DNA of 51,811 nt from Escherichia phage SECphi27, in the sequence record LT961732, one strand, 5' to 3'. Every line of letters begins with the position of its first letter. Within the stretch, counting starts at the first letter, position 1. Positions 17,452-27,057 of this stretch are shown one piece after another. A program made the translations under genes and the position numbers. The notes below the pieces were generated by a model. It did no database searches. It had not been told where the DNA came from and saw only the letters and a list, made by a program, of their open reading frames with translations.

Positions 17452-17700
17452 ATGGTTTTTAACGCATTGAAACGACTGTTTAAGCCGGAATACCGGATCG
17501 TATTTTGCCGCGACTGTTCTACTTATCATGTGCAGCGACGCAGCTTAGGCGGCAATTGGCACTATGTTACAGACGACTTTTTCGGCATCATTGCCACTGA
17601 ATTTAAGTATTACAGCGATGCTTATATGTACGTCAAGAAGCGCCACCGCTTACGCAAGTGTCGTTTTTCCGTACTGATTCACGTTAATGATTGTTACTGA
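17452..17700 (+). CDS. hypothetical protein
   Basis: 82-aa basic ORF. Confidence 0.45.
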   Translation: MVFNALKRLFKPEYRIVFCRDCSTYHVQRRSLGGNWHYVTDDFFGIIATEFKYYSDAYMYVKKRHRLRKCRFSVLIHVNDCY

Positions 17701-17707
17701 GGTGAAA

Positions 17708-17890
17708 ATGAAGACTGGTATTATTATTCTTTTCCTGATCCTTTTCGGCAGCCATTTAACCATTAACTATGAGGGCATTATGGCCTTTTGGGGCAACTTG
17801 ATGATGTTTGCCGCTGGTTCGATTGCTGGCTACTCTGACGGGAAAAAGGATGGCGTTCGCAAGATGCTGATGGGGCTTAAACAAAAATAA
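17708..17890 (+). CDS. small membrane protein
   Basis: Two hydrophobic helices; start moved to ATG 17708. Confidence 0.45.
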   Translation: MKTGIIILFLILFGSHLTINYEGIMAFWGNLMMFAAGSIAGYSDGKKDGVRKMLMGLKQK

Positions 17891-17901
17891 GGGGATCTGA
17901 A

Positions 17902-18192
17902 ATGGCAAACAAAACTTACCGCAAACTACTGGTTAACGCTTTTGAAAACATCGCGCAGTCTAACAAGTGGAACGACTCTAAACATTCACCAGTCACAATG
18001 AAGCGCGCTGGATTCAAAAATGCTCGTTCATGGGCGCGAGCTTTCGCATCTTGCTATATGCCGGATGGCGGATTAGGAGCGATGAACGAGTTTTTGATCA
18101 ACATGATAGAGGAAGCTGCGCGAGAGGATCGACCGCTGACACAGCGAGATTTTGACGACTTCGCGCGCGATGAGCTTTACTATCTGAGCTAA
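17902..18192 (+). CDS. hypothetical protein
   Basis: 96-aa ORF; stop followed by motif. Confidence 0.5.
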   Translation: MANKTYRKLLVNAFENIAQSNKWNDSKHSPVTMKRAGFKNARSWARAFASCYMPDGGLGAMNEFLINMIEEAAREDRPLTQRDFDDFARDELYYLS

Positions 18193-18211
18193 TAGCACTT
18201 TTTGTTAAAAC
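18193..18211 (+). promoter_or_regulatory. Conserved intergenic motif, forward class
   Basis: Follows TAA; hairpin aagggca/tgccctt 18219-18241; RBS GAGGAAAG before ATG 18268. Confidence 0.55.
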
Positions 18212-18267
18212 TTCCGCAAGGGCATTTGGTAAAGTGCCCTTATTGAAGCGAAACAGAGGAAAGCGCA

Positions 18268-18480
18268 ATGAAAATCAAAATCACCAAAATCGACACTATC
18301 AACGGCGACGGATCAATCACTCTTGAGCAATGTGGCTTGGTTGTTGGTGATGTGCTGGAAGTTGACGGACATTTCAGCGACGGATCTTATTGTGTTATTG
18401 CGCCGCGTAACAGCGAGTTTATCAAGGCTGGCGACAATATTAGTGTTAACCATGACGAATGCGAGGTAGTAGAAGAATGA
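18268..18480 (+). CDS. hypothetical protein
   Basis: 70-aa acidic ORF. Confidence 0.5.
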   Translation: MKIKITKIDTINGDGSITLEQCGLVVGDVLEVDGHFSDGSYCVIAPRNSEFIKAGDNISVNHDECEVVEE

Positions 18481-18740
18481 TCACGATTAACCTGTCAGAG
18501 CAGCAAGCGCGCATTATGTTAGCGGCCTTTGGCTGGCGAGATGATGACGGCATCCAGGCAACGGTTAAAATTCCTGAGCCAGTGGCGCGTGAAGTTTTCA
18601 GCCAGCTAGAACACGCATTTGATCCTGCTGGGACTGAGCAAGCGGAAACTGCCGCATGGTTCGGAGAGAACGGATACAGAGATCAGCAAGTCGAAAACTG
18701 GAAGCGCATAAACGAGACTATGGAGGAATCAGGTTTATGA
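18477..18740 (+). CDS. hypothetical protein
   Basis: ATGA overlap with upstream gene. Confidence 0.5.
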   Translation: MITINLSEQQARIMLAAFGWRDDDGIQATVKIPEPVAREVFSQLEHAFDPAGTEQAETAAWFGENGYRDQQVENWKRINETMEESGL

Positions 18741-19051
18741 TTTATATTCACTACTACCAAATCGGAACGAACGAGAACAAAAAAGAGCATCGTTTCATCC
18801 ATGATGATTTGGACAAGGCAAAGGCACAGCAACAGGTTTTAGGCGGTGTCATTCAGGCTTTTGAGCCTGTAGAAGATATTGAGTACCGCGAGCATTTAAA
18901 AGATGTTGTTATTGATGAGATCTCTTGCTTGATTGATGATATGACAAATCACGGCCCTGGTTCCCCGTGGGAAGACGCAGGATCTGTAACGTGGGATAAG
19001 GCCAAAGTTAAGACGCTAAACAACTTTCGAGAGATTCTCGACGGTTTTTAA
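18737..19051 (+). CDS. hypothetical protein
   Basis: ATGA overlap; about 104 aa. Confidence 0.5.
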   Translation: MIYIHYYQIGTNENKKEHRFIHDDLDKAKAQQQVLGGVIQAFEPVEDIEYREHLKDVVIDEISCLIDDMTNHGPGSPWEDAGSVTWDKAKVKTLNNFREILDGF

Positions 19052-19121
19052 TTAAAAACGCATAGCCGTTAGAGCGCCTCAATCGCATTCTAACGAGCTA
19101 TTTTTCTGGTAAGGTGATTTA

Positions 19122-19250
19122 ATGGATGAGTACAAACAACCTTCGCAATGGTGCAAAGAGAAGCAGGAGGAAGCACTTGAGCGCGGAGATGTAGAAGAAG
19201 CTATGAACTATTTCAAACTTGCGGAAGAATGGAAGGGGAGAGGGTACTGA
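19122..19250 (+). CDS. hypothetical small protein (about 42 aa)
   Basis: Not in ORF track; AAGGTGA RBS; stop overlaps next start. Confidence 0.4.
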   Translation: MDEYKQPSQWCKEKQEEALERGDVEEAMNYFKLAEEWKGRGY

Positions 19251-19480
19251 TGTTCGGCATGAACGAGGCGCAATTCAACGCAGCTAAACGCCAGGCTAAA
19301 AAGTGCGGCGAGGCAATGAAAGCGGATGTGGAAAAGCGCGGGAAGTATGTTGATGAAGTAATGAAGGGCATCATTGCAGAACACTACCAGCCAATCGCGC
19401 CAATGTTGACGATCACTCAATTCATTTGGCTATGTGGTTACTTGCGTGGACGTTGGGGGAACGCTTTCGACAGGGAATGA
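19250..19480 (+). CDS. hypothetical protein
   Basis: Start moved to ATG overlapping upstream stop. Confidence 0.45.
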   Translation: MFGMNEAQFNAAKRQAKKCGEAMKADVEKRGKYVDEVMKGIIAEHYQPIAPMLTITQFIWLCGYLRGRWGNAFDRE

Positions 19481-19509
19481 TTGACAACTCTTTCCTGATT
19501 GGTTAGCAT
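19481..19509 (+). promoter_or_regulatory. sigma70-like promoter (TTGACA, 17 nt, TAGCAT) preceding a structured leader
   Basis: ttgacaactctttcctgattggttagcat; followed by about 130-nt leader with hairpin and T6 at 19571-19629. Confidence 0.5.
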
Positions 19510-19643
19510 GGCGTCGTTTACATAAGAGCGGCTTAGTCCGAACGCGTGACGCGATAGTCACACAACAACGGCGATATGCAGGAGGTTTTTTGCAACGCAA
19601 AATAATCCATAAGACGTATCGCCTTTTTTAATGGAGATCCAAA

Positions 19644-19877
19644 ATGATTAAATACAAATTAACCGTTTCTTTCCGTGATACCGTTATTCATCCTTTCCTA
19701 AAGAGCTTCGTTAAATGCTTTACGGTAGAGGCGACAGAGGGTCAGCTAGACGGTAACGAAACTTGCATTTCTATCGGTAATGTTGCTTACCCGATTCACA
19801 ACATTACCAGCATTAAGCGTGAGGTTGTCGCTGATGAATTACAAAGTGAAGATGACGATCCGGCGAATGGGGCGTAA
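19644..19877 (+). CDS. hypothetical protein
   Basis: 77-aa ORF; GGAG RBS. Confidence 0.5.
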   Translation: MIKYKLTVSFRDTVIHPFLKSFVKCFTVEATEGQLDGNETCISIGNVAYPIHNITSIKREVVADELQSEDDDPANGA

Positions 19878-20019
19878 TTGCCAATCATGCAAACAGGAAT
19901 ATGAATGCGTAGTTGATGCTCTTGATGAACTGGAAGCAGTAGCAAAAGCAAAAGAGCAATCGGGCGCTAATCCTGAAACACATCAATTTTCAATTAATCT
20001 TGTGAGGGCTTTACAATGA
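19867..20019 (+). CDS. hypothetical protein (start uncertain)
   Basis: ORF track 19780-20019; several in-frame ATGs. Confidence 0.35.
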   Translation: MGRNCQSCKQEYECVVDALDELEAVAKAKEQSGANPETHQFSINLVRALQ

Positions 20020-20240
20020 TCGCATTATCTTTCTGCATTGGTTTTATCATGGCTATCATTATCTTTTCCGTTGTCATGCGCTTTGCTTATAAGTTCGTGA
20101 TTAATAAAGGTTGGTACGCTTCTGCCATCTGGAGCGAAAAACAAAAGAAATGGCTTGTACGTGGTCAATACCTGATGATCGGCAGCAAGATCCTAAATTC
20201 CATTCGAGCCAAAGATGGAAAAGTAAAATATACAGCTTAA
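20016..20240 (+). CDS. small membrane protein
   Basis: N-terminal TMD (IALSFCIGFIMAIIIFSVV); ATGA overlap. Confidence 0.5.
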   Translation: MIALSFCIGFIMAIIIFSVVMRFAYKFVINKGWYASAIWSEKQKKWLVRGQYLMIGSKILNSIRAKDGKVKYTA

Positions 20241-20245
20241 AAATT

Positions 20246-20270
20246 ACCCGCCGCACGGCGGGTTTTTTAT
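20246..20270 (+). terminator. Intrinsic terminator
   Basis: cccgccg-cac-cggcggg hairpin followed by T6. Confidence 0.65.
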
Positions 20271-20281
20271 TGCCCGTTGTC

Positions 20282-20290
20282 TGGTATAAT
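20282..20290 (+). promoter_or_regulatory. Extended -10 promoter (TGgTATAAT) upstream of terS
   Basis: tggtataat about 28 nt upstream of terS ATG; no obvious -35. Confidence 0.45.
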
Positions 20291-20318
20291 CAGGCATCTA
20301 ACCAAAGGAGGATTAATA

Positions 20319-20846
20319 ATGGCTAAAAATGTTGAGCCTGCTGTAAAGGCATTAAATTTCAAAGAGTTATACAATAAAACTTATGGCGATATTGTCACGC
20401 TAAACAACCGCCACAAGTACACGCCGGAACAGGTTTTTGATATGGCGATCCGCTATTTCACTTGGGCCGAAGAGAATCACATCCAGGCGGCTGAAACTGC
20501 TTCCTTTCAGGGTGACGTGTACGAGAGCAGAGTTTACAAGCCTCGCGTTTTCACGGTTAACGGATTCAGCTTGTATCTCGGCGTGACTGAGGCTGCCGTA
20601 AGCAAATGGCGTAAAGAGCCTGGATTCTGCGATGTGATGGAGTTTGTTGATAAAGTAATTTACGAGCAAAAATTCCAGCTTGCGGCAAATAACATGATTA
20701 ACGCTGGATTTATCGGTAAAGAGATCGGAGTAGAGAAGCCAGCAACAGTGAGCGTTGAAGCTAGCTCGGCAGCTAATGCAAGCATTGACGCAGTAACTGC
20801 CGATGAGGTGAAAGAGGCTGTTATTGATATTCTGGAGCAACTTTAA
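20319..20846 (+). CDS. terS: terminase small subunit
   Basis: About 175 aa immediately upstream of terL with overlapping stop/start; strong RBS AAGGAGG. Confidence 0.7.
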   Translation: MAKNVEPAVKALNFKELYNKTYGDIVTLNNRHKYTPEQVFDMAIRYFTWAEENHIQAAETASFQGDVYESRVYKPRVFTVNGFSLYLGVTEAAVSKWRKEPGFCDVMEFVDKVIYEQKFQLAANNMINAGFIGKEIGVEKPATVSVEASSAANASIDAVTADEVKEAVIDILEQL

Positions 20847-22414
20847 TGATCATATGGGAAGATTTGACGGCGGCGCAAAAGCGAGCCATTAAAGAAATCA
20901 GTGAGCATTCATTCGAAAAGATGATCAGAATCTGGTTTCAGTTATTGCAGGGGCAAAAATTCCAGAGCAACTGGCATTTTAGCTTATTGTGCAGTGAGGT
21001 AGAGAAAATCATCAATGGAGAGTCGCAGAATGTTATTTTCAACATTACGCCAGGTAGCGGTAAGACTGAGATTTTCTCGATCCACATGTCACCCTACGCG
21101 TCATTGAAAAGTCGTAAGGTGAGAAACCTTAACCTTTCGTTTAGTGATGGACTTGTCCAGCAAAACAGCAACAGGATAAAGGAGATTATCGGTTCTCCTG
21201 AGTGGCAAGAGCTATGGCCAGGAAAACTGGCAAAGGCGAGCGCAAAAGATCTCATAGTTACGGATGGCGGCAAGGTTAAATTGCAAGTTAACTCACGTTC
21301 TATTGGCGGACAGGTAACAGGTTTGCGTGGCGGCTATATGGATGATGGTTTTACTGGTATGCTGGTTCTGGACGATCCAGACAAGCCTGATGATATGCTT
21401 TCTAAGGTCAAGCGTGAGGCGATCCACATGAGGTTAAAAAACACAGTGCGTTCTCGTCGAATGAAAGACACCACGCCAATTGTTATGGTGCAACAGCGAC
21501 TACACGTTAATGATTCCACCTGGTTCATGCTTAATGGCGGGATGGGCGGTATTGAGTTTAAAGTTGTGAGCATTCCTGCGCTGGTTACGAAAGAATACCG
21601 CGAAACGCTTCCTGATTGGTTGAAGCCTGAATTTGATCGTGATGTGTTGTCAAGTAAGCCAGTGATGATAGATGGAGTTGCTCATTATTCATTTTGGCCT
21701 GCAAAGGAAAGCGCGGAGGAATTGCTTGCATTGCGCAATGCAGATCCTTACACGTTCGCCAGCCAATACCAACAACAACCCATCGCGCTTGGCGGCAACG
21801 TGTTTAAAACAGAGTGGTTCCAGTATTACGGCAGCGGCGAAAAATGCGCACTTCCTAAACCGGATCGCTTTGAATACACATTTATTACTGGAGATACAGC
21901 ACAGAAGGCCGGAGAGCTTAACGACTATTCAGTTTTTTGTTATTGGGGGATGTATAAAAATCGCGTTTACTTCATTGATGGCATTCGCGGCAAGTGGGAA
22001 GCGCCAGATCTTGAATTAAATTTTATTGCCTTCGTTAATCAGTGCTGGAAGCGCAATAAGGAGTGTGGCAGCTTGCGACGTATTCACATTGAGGATAAGG
22101 CCAGCGGCACGGGTTTGATTCAGGGGGCCAAAAAGAAGATCCCGATTGATATAAATCCCGTTCAGCGAAGCAATGACAAGGTAACGCGAGCAATGGACGC
22201 CGCGCCAGTAATGAGGGCAGGACGTGTGGCACTGCCAGAAAGTCATCCCATGTTACCTGAGATACTGGCAGAGGTTGCAGCGTTCACTTTTGACGATTCT
22301 CATCCCCATGATGATATTGTCGATAATATAGTTGATGCTGTTAACGTCGAAATGAACTTGGCAGATGATCCGGTAGCAAGGATGAAAAAGCTGGCTGGTC
22401 TACGCAATAAATAG
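20846..22414 (+). CDS. terL: terminase large subunit
   Basis: 522 aa; ATPase-like motifs (PGSGKTE; VLDDPD) and C-terminal nuclease-like acidic residues; gene order terS-terL-portal. Confidence 0.85.
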   Translation: MIIWEDLTAAQKRAIKEISEHSFEKMIRIWFQLLQGQKFQSNWHFSLLCSEVEKIINGESQNVIFNITPGSGKTEIFSIHMSPYASLKSRKVRNLNLSFSDGLVQQNSNRIKEIIGSPEWQELWPGKLAKASAKDLIVTDGGKVKLQVNSRSIGGQVTGLRGGYMDDGFTGMLVLDDPDKPDDMLSKVKREAIHMRLKNTVRSRRMKDTTPIVMVQQRLHVNDSTWFMLNGGMGGIEFKVVSIPALVTKEYRETLPDWLKPEFDRDVLSSKPVMIDGVAHYSFWPAKESAEELLALRNADPYTFASQYQQQPIALGGNVFKTEWFQYYGSGEKCALPKPDRFEYTFITGDTAQKAGELNDYSVFCYWGMYKNRVYFIDGIRGKWEAPDLELNFIAFVNQCWKRNKECGSLRRIHIEDKASGTGLIQGAKKKIPIDINPVQRSNDKVTRAMDAAPVMRAGRVALPESHPMLPEILAEVAAFTFDDSHPHDDIVDNIVDAVNVEMNLADDPVARMKKLAGLRNK

Positions 22415-22430
22415 CACTAATTGCTAAAAA
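22412..22430 (+). promoter_or_regulatory. Conserved intergenic motif (variant TAGCACTAATTGCTAAAAAG), forward class
   Basis: Begins with TAG stop of terL; followed by tatataat. Confidence 0.5.
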
Positions 22431-22443
22431 GTTATATAATCAA

Positions 22444-22468
22444 GGCTGGATTTTTCCAGCCTTTTTAT
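22444..22468 (+). terminator. Intrinsic terminator-like hairpin between terL and portal
   Basis: ggctgga-tttt-tccagcc followed by T5. Confidence 0.5.
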
Positions 22469-22483
22469 TATGGAGATTTGACG

Positions 22484-23776
22484 ATGAGCGAAAAAACAAG
22501 GCTAGTTAAGGCCGATGGATACAACGAGATTTTCAAGGGTAGTAATGGCAATGGGCGTGTAGAGTTGCCTTTCTTTATGCAGGGGTTCGAATACACCACG
22601 CACGCTGATTTTTACATTCGTGACGGCCTAGCAAAACGAATCATCGACGTTGTTCCAGAAGAAATGGTGACGCCTGGATTTAATATTGATGGCGTGGAAG
22701 ATGAGGAAAGTTTTAGATCTTTGTGGGATGAGAAGCGACTAAACGATAAAATCATTGATGCGCTTTGCTGGTCGCGTCTTTTTGGTGGCGCTGCAATCGT
22801 GGCAATCGTCCAGGATGGCAGGTCGTTAAAGTCACCTGTAGCGCCTGGTGCAATCCTTGAAGATGTTCGCGTTTACGATCGCTTTCAGGTTAGGGTAGAA
22901 AAGCGCGAAACTAATCCACGCAAGGTAAGATATGGTGAGCCATTAATTTACACCATTTCACCTGGTGTCGACTTGCCAGAATACCAGGTTCACTATTCGC
23001 GAGTCTGTATTATCGACGGTGAGCGGCTACCAAATCAGCGGCGTCAATCAAATGATGGGTGGGGTGAGTCGATCCTGAATAAGGGACTTGTTGAGGCTAT
23101 TTGTGATTATAACTACTGCGAAAACTTAGCAACTCAATTGTTGCGACGTAAGCAACAGGCGGTATGGAAAGTTAAAGGTCTTGCTGATCTTTGTGATGAT
23201 GATGATGGTGTTAGTGCCGCACGTTTGCGACTTGCTCAAGTTGATGATGAGGGTGGCGTAGGCCGTGCGATCGGCATTGATGCGGAAGATGAGGAATATG
23301 ATGTTTTAAATTCTGATATTTCTGCCGTCGATTCGTTCTTGGAAAAGAAGATGGATCGCATTGTATCTCTTTCCGGCATCCATGAAATCATCCTCAAAAA
23401 CAAGAACGTTGGCGGTGTTAGCGCGAGCCAAAACACGGCGCTTGAAACCTTCTACAAGCTGATCGACCGAAAGCGAAAGGAAGAATACAAACCAATCCTT
23501 GAATTTCTGATCCCGTTCCTTATTCAAGAGGAAGAATGGAGCATTCAGTTTGCGCCGTTAAGCGTTCCAAGCGAAAAGGACCAGGCCGAAATCTTGAACA
23601 AGAACATTGATTCTTTGAGTAAGGCTATTGACGGTCAATTCATGGATGCAGAAGAGGCGCGCGACACATTGCGAGCCATTGCGCCTAACGTTAAACTAAA
23701 AGACGGCAATGACATTAAATTACCTGAGCAAGACGTAGAGCCGGAGCCAGGAACAACCGAGGGTAGCAATCAATGA
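22484..23776 (+). CDS. portal protein
   Basis: About 430 aa directly after terL; acidic C-terminus; start moved to ATG after GGAG. Confidence 0.8.
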   Translation: MSEKTRLVKADGYNEIFKGSNGNGRVELPFFMQGFEYTTHADFYIRDGLAKRIIDVVPEEMVTPGFNIDGVEDEESFRSLWDEKRLNDKIIDALCWSRLFGGAAIVAIVQDGRSLKSPVAPGAILEDVRVYDRFQVRVEKRETNPRKVRYGEPLIYTISPGVDLPEYQVHYSRVCIIDGERLPNQRRQSNDGWGESILNKGLVEAICDYNYCENLATQLLRRKQQAVWKVKGLADLCDDDDGVSAARLRLAQVDDEGGVGRAIGIDAEDEEYDVLNSDISAVDSFLEKKMDRIVSLSGIHEIILKNKNVGGVSASQNTALETFYKLIDRKRKEEYKPILEFLIPFLIQEEEWSIQFAPLSVPSEKDQAEILNKNIDSLSKAIDGQFMDAEEARDTLRAIAPNVKLKDGNDIKLPEQDVEPEPGTTEGSNQ

Positions 23777-24528
23777 TAGTGAAAGGCGTCGTTAAACAAT
23801 GGCGCTTTCCTGAAGCAAGTGAGCGGCAATTGCGCCGCTCAATTCAGGAGGCGATAAGGGATCTTGTTGTGCTGATGCGCAGCAAAACAAAGGAAATGAA
23901 ATTTGACGCGGACACCGAAGAAATCAACGCCGCAGAGGATGAGATTAGTAGCTTCGCGTTAAAGCTAATAGCTGGCATCGCCGCATCACTTCCGGCTATC
24001 GGTCTTGCTGTTTATAAATTCAACGCGAAGCAATTTATTAACGTAGCCAAATCAACGGGAGGCAAGTCAAATTCAGCCGTTATCATCCTTATGGCTATTG
24101 GGGCCAATGCGAATGAGAGTTGGTATAGGACGCTATACGGTCAATGGCATGACATGACGATCGCATCTCTTCAAAAGCTATTTGGAAACATCGTGTCTGA
24201 CTGGTCAACCAATATTAGATTGGCAAACTTTCGCGGAATGAGAGATAGCCAGGTTAATGAATTGGCTGGTAAGAGGTTCGCAGTGTATAGCTCTTGGGGT
24301 AAGACAAGGGCGGAAAACATCATAGGCGCTTGGAATAGTAGACTCATGCGCCAGCGTCTTTATGATTCAAAAGTAACTCATTATTTTTGGCATGGTATGC
24401 TTGATGACAGAGAGCGATTGCAGCATGTACAATGGGAAGGTAAGCGCATTGCGCTAGATTCTGAACATGATTTTCCTGGTGAGCCTTTCGGTTGTCGTTG
24501 TTGGGCCATACCAGATTGGAACAGTTAA
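23773..24528 (+). CDS. head morphogenesis / minor capsid protein (SPP1 gp7 or Mu F-like)
   Basis: 251 aa immediately after portal with ATGA overlap. Confidence 0.6.
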   Translation: MIVKGVVKQWRFPEASERQLRRSIQEAIRDLVVLMRSKTKEMKFDADTEEINAAEDEISSFALKLIAGIAASLPAIGLAVYKFNAKQFINVAKSTGGKSNSAVIILMAIGANANESWYRTLYGQWHDMTIASLQKLFGNIVSDWSTNIRLANFRGMRDSQVNELAGKRFAVYSSWGKTRAENIIGAWNSRLMRQRLYDSKVTHYFWHGMLDDRERLQHVQWEGKRIALDSEHDFPGEPFGCRCWAIPDWNS

Positions 24529-24538
24529 GAGGTATTAA

Positions 24539-25654
24539 ATGAAGGCAAAACAAAGATTTGATAGCGCCAAAGTAAAGGCGCACTTTGATGATAACGGGTT
24601 TTTAGTTGATCGCCCTATCGTGGCGCGAATTGGTTTACAAGTCTATCAGACTCCTTTTGGTGAGCGCCGAGAATTTCGCCCTGCGTCAGAAGTATTCAAG
24701 GCCGACTCGCTCGCCACATTTGCAGGGAAGCCGGTCACGGTTGGTCACGTCACGGTAACTCCAGAAAACGCCGAAAAGGTTGTAGTTGGTTCTTGTGCTG
24801 GCGCTGGTGTGCCGAACGGGATCGGCGTAGAGGTTCCGTTAAGCATTTACTCAAAACGAGCAATCGAAAGCGCAAAGAAGCGAGACACGGCGGAAATTTC
24901 AGTTGGTTATACATCGGTTGATATTGATAAACCAGGCTGGGGCAATAATAAAACTGGTGAGTACGTTTTCGATGAGGACGTTAGCGAAGACTGGAAACCT
25001 GATTCTCCTGATTGGGTTAAGTTTGATGCAATCCAGACTGAAATCAAGGTAAACCACATCGCGTTAGTTTTCCGAGGTCGAGCTGGCATTGCAAAATTAA
25101 ACCTTGATAGCCAGCAAGATTTTCCGTATAGTGACGACGTTATTAACAACAAAGAGGATCAAATCATGATTGTAAAAATTAAACTGGATGGCGCTGTAGA
25201 GTTTGACGTGCCGAAAGCGGTTGCGGATCACATTGAATCACTGAAAGCTGATACCAAAGCGCAGAAAGAAAAGGCTGACAGCCTGGAAGCTGAGCGAGAC
25301 GCACTGAAAACCAAAGTAGATGGCATTCAGGATCAGATTGATGCCGCAGTCAAGAAGGCCAAAGAAGATGCCGAGCAATATGCTCAATTAGTGGCAGACG
25401 CTAAAGAGTTAGGCATCAAGTGCGACGGCCTGGATGCGAAAGCAATCAAGGTTGCATGCATCAAGGAAGTTATGGGCAATGACGTTTCTGATAAAACTGA
25501 TGCCTATATCGAAACAGCTTTCGACATCGCCAAAAACTCTGATAAAATGGCGGCGCAGCGTAAGAGCATTAAAGGTGACTCTTTCGCGAATGAAAAGCAG
25601 GATGACGCAGGTTCTAAGCTGAATCCTAACGCTCGTTTTGAGAAACTGAAATAA
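24539..25654 (+). CDS. capsid scaffolding protein
   Basis: 371 aa; long charged coiled-coil C-terminal half; located between portal/morphogenesis and capsid genes. Confidence 0.6.
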   Translation: MKAKQRFDSAKVKAHFDDNGFLVDRPIVARIGLQVYQTPFGERREFRPASEVFKADSLATFAGKPVTVGHVTVTPENAEKVVVGSCAGAGVPNGIGVEVPLSIYSKRAIESAKKRDTAEISVGYTSVDIDKPGWGNNKTGEYVFDEDVSEDWKPDSPDWVKFDAIQTEIKVNHIALVFRGRAGIAKLNLDSQQDFPYSDDVINNKEDQIMIVKIKLDGAVEFDVPKAVADHIESLKADTKAQKEKADSLEAERDALKTKVDGIQDQIDAAVKKAKEDAEQYAQLVADAKELGIKCDGLDAKAIKVACIKEVMGNDVSDKTDAYIETAFDIAKNSDKMAAQRKSIKGDSFANEKQDDAGSKLNPNARFEKLK

Positions 25655-25666
25655 GGAGTAATTAAA

Positions 25667-26176
25667 ATGGCTAAAATTGGAGCAAGTTATTTTGACACTA
25701 TGGCGCGTGCGCTTCCTGGTCAGGTATCCGACACGTCTGCATATAACATCGACGGCGCCTGCGTTCTTGACAAGGAAGACGGCATCCCAATCCTGGTTGG
25801 CGTGGCTGTTAAGCTAAAAGGCGTTGACTCAATGGGTAATAAGCTGATCGACGCTATTTCTGGTAGTGGTGATGTTCCTTATGGCGTTGGCATCCGTTCG
25901 CACTTTCAAACTACGGCTGATAATGGACGAATGGTTTATGAGGCTGGCGGCGGAATCAACGTTATGACAGAGGGCCGCGTTTGGATGGTTGGCGATGATA
26001 CCGACAAGAGCAAAAAACCATCGTATCGTGAGCCTGTAAAAATTGATGAAAACACTGGCAAGGTGAAAAGTGCTGGCACTATCAATACCAACTGGATTTA
26101 CACGGGAGATAAAACCACATTTGGAACTGGCGATGGTGTGTTGACTTTGTTTGAAGTTCAGGTCTTCCCAAGCTAA
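25667..26176 (+). CDS. head auxiliary/decoration-like protein (paralogue 1)
   Basis: 169 aa; shares YNIDG and TEGRVWMV-type segments with the next gene. Confidence 0.5.
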   Translation: MAKIGASYFDTMARALPGQVSDTSAYNIDGACVLDKEDGIPILVGVAVKLKGVDSMGNKLIDAISGSGDVPYGVGIRSHFQTTADNGRMVYEAGGGINVMTEGRVWMVGDDTDKSKKPSYREPVKIDENTGKVKSAGTINTNWIYTGDKTTFGTGDGVLTLFEVQVFPS

Positions 26177-26182
26177 AATTAA

Positions 26183-26208
26183 GGCGCTCGCTTGAGCGCC
26201 TTTTTTAT
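26183..26208 (+). terminator. Intrinsic terminator
   Basis: ggcgctc-gctt-gagcgcc followed by T6. Confidence 0.65.
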
Positions 26209-26226
26209 TATGTAAGGAGAAATGAA

Positions 26227-27015
26227 ATGGCTAAAGATTATTCATCTGTTATGGGTCTTTCTTGCCCTGGTTGTTTGGTTGATTCTACTCGCTACAATAT
26301 TGATGGAACTGGTGTTTGCGGATCTGAGTCGATCATTGCTGGCAAGGTTGTTTTCTTCAAAGAGAGAGTAGAAGGTTATAACATATTTGTTGATCAAAAA
26401 GAGGATGATGCAGTAGTTGCTGGTATTGCGCTAAGGAGCAACATAACAACAACAGTTAACCAGGATGGCGGCTACTCTGACTACAAAGAAGGTGATCCTA
26501 TTAGCGTTGTAACTCGTGGTCGCGTGTGGGTGTTAACTGAAAGTATTGATGAAGCTCCTTCACACGGTGAAAAAGTATATGTTAATAACGATGGATTTGT
26601 TGGTAAGTCCGGCGACCAGGTTGTTGATGGGTGGATTTTTACAGGTGATTTTATGAAATTTGACAGTAGCATTAACATTGTAGGGATTCATATCAAACCT
26701 GTAATAGTACATGTTCAAAAGTTAACAGCGGCTATTATTGAAGATGTTGATGGTAACAAGCCTGATGGAAACAGACCAAACAATGAGCCTGTTAATCTAA
26801 AGGTTACTGTAGATCCTGAATATGCAACAGATAAAACTGGAACATGGGAGATTTCATTAGGAGGAGAATACGCATCAATTTCGCCAAGTGGTGACACGGC
26901 GCAAGTAACGCCATCAAGCAATGGTGATGTATATGTAAACTGGGTGGCAAATGACGGATCTGGTGTATCTGACACATTTATCATCAACTTTGTAGATCCA
27001 GAGCCTGGCCCTTAA
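26227..27015 (+). CDS. head auxiliary/decoration-like protein (paralogue 2) with C-terminal Ig-like domain
   Basis: N-terminus paralogous to 25667-26176; C-terminal Ig-like (Big_2-type) segment. Confidence 0.5.
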   Translation: MAKDYSSVMGLSCPGCLVDSTRYNIDGTGVCGSESIIAGKVVFFKERVEGYNIFVDQKEDDAVVAGIALRSNITTTVNQDGGYSDYKEGDPISVVTRGRVWVLTESIDEAPSHGEKVYVNNDGFVGKSGDQVVDGWIFTGDFMKFDSSINIVGIHIKPVIVHVQKLTAAIIEDVDGNKPDGNRPNNEPVNLKVTVDPEYATDKTGTWEISLGGEYASISPSGDTAQVTPSSNGDVYVNWVANDGSGVSDTFIINFVDPEPGP

Positions 27016-27033
27016 CATAAAAACATCTTGCAC

Positions 27034-27054
27034 GTTTAACAAAAAGTGCTATCA
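27034..27054 (-). promoter_or_regulatory. Conserved intergenic motif, inverted class, upstream of major capsid gene
   Basis: Plus strand reads gtttaacaaaaagtgctatca, the reverse complement of the motif, although flanking genes are on plus strand. Confidence 0.55.
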
Positions 27055-27057
27055 TCT

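Noticed and set aside
22444-22468. Hairpin plus T5 between terL and portal as a strong terminator
   Set aside because: terL and portal are almost certainly cotranscribed; the hairpin is short and the T-run interrupted, so it is kept only as a weak attenuator-like feature.
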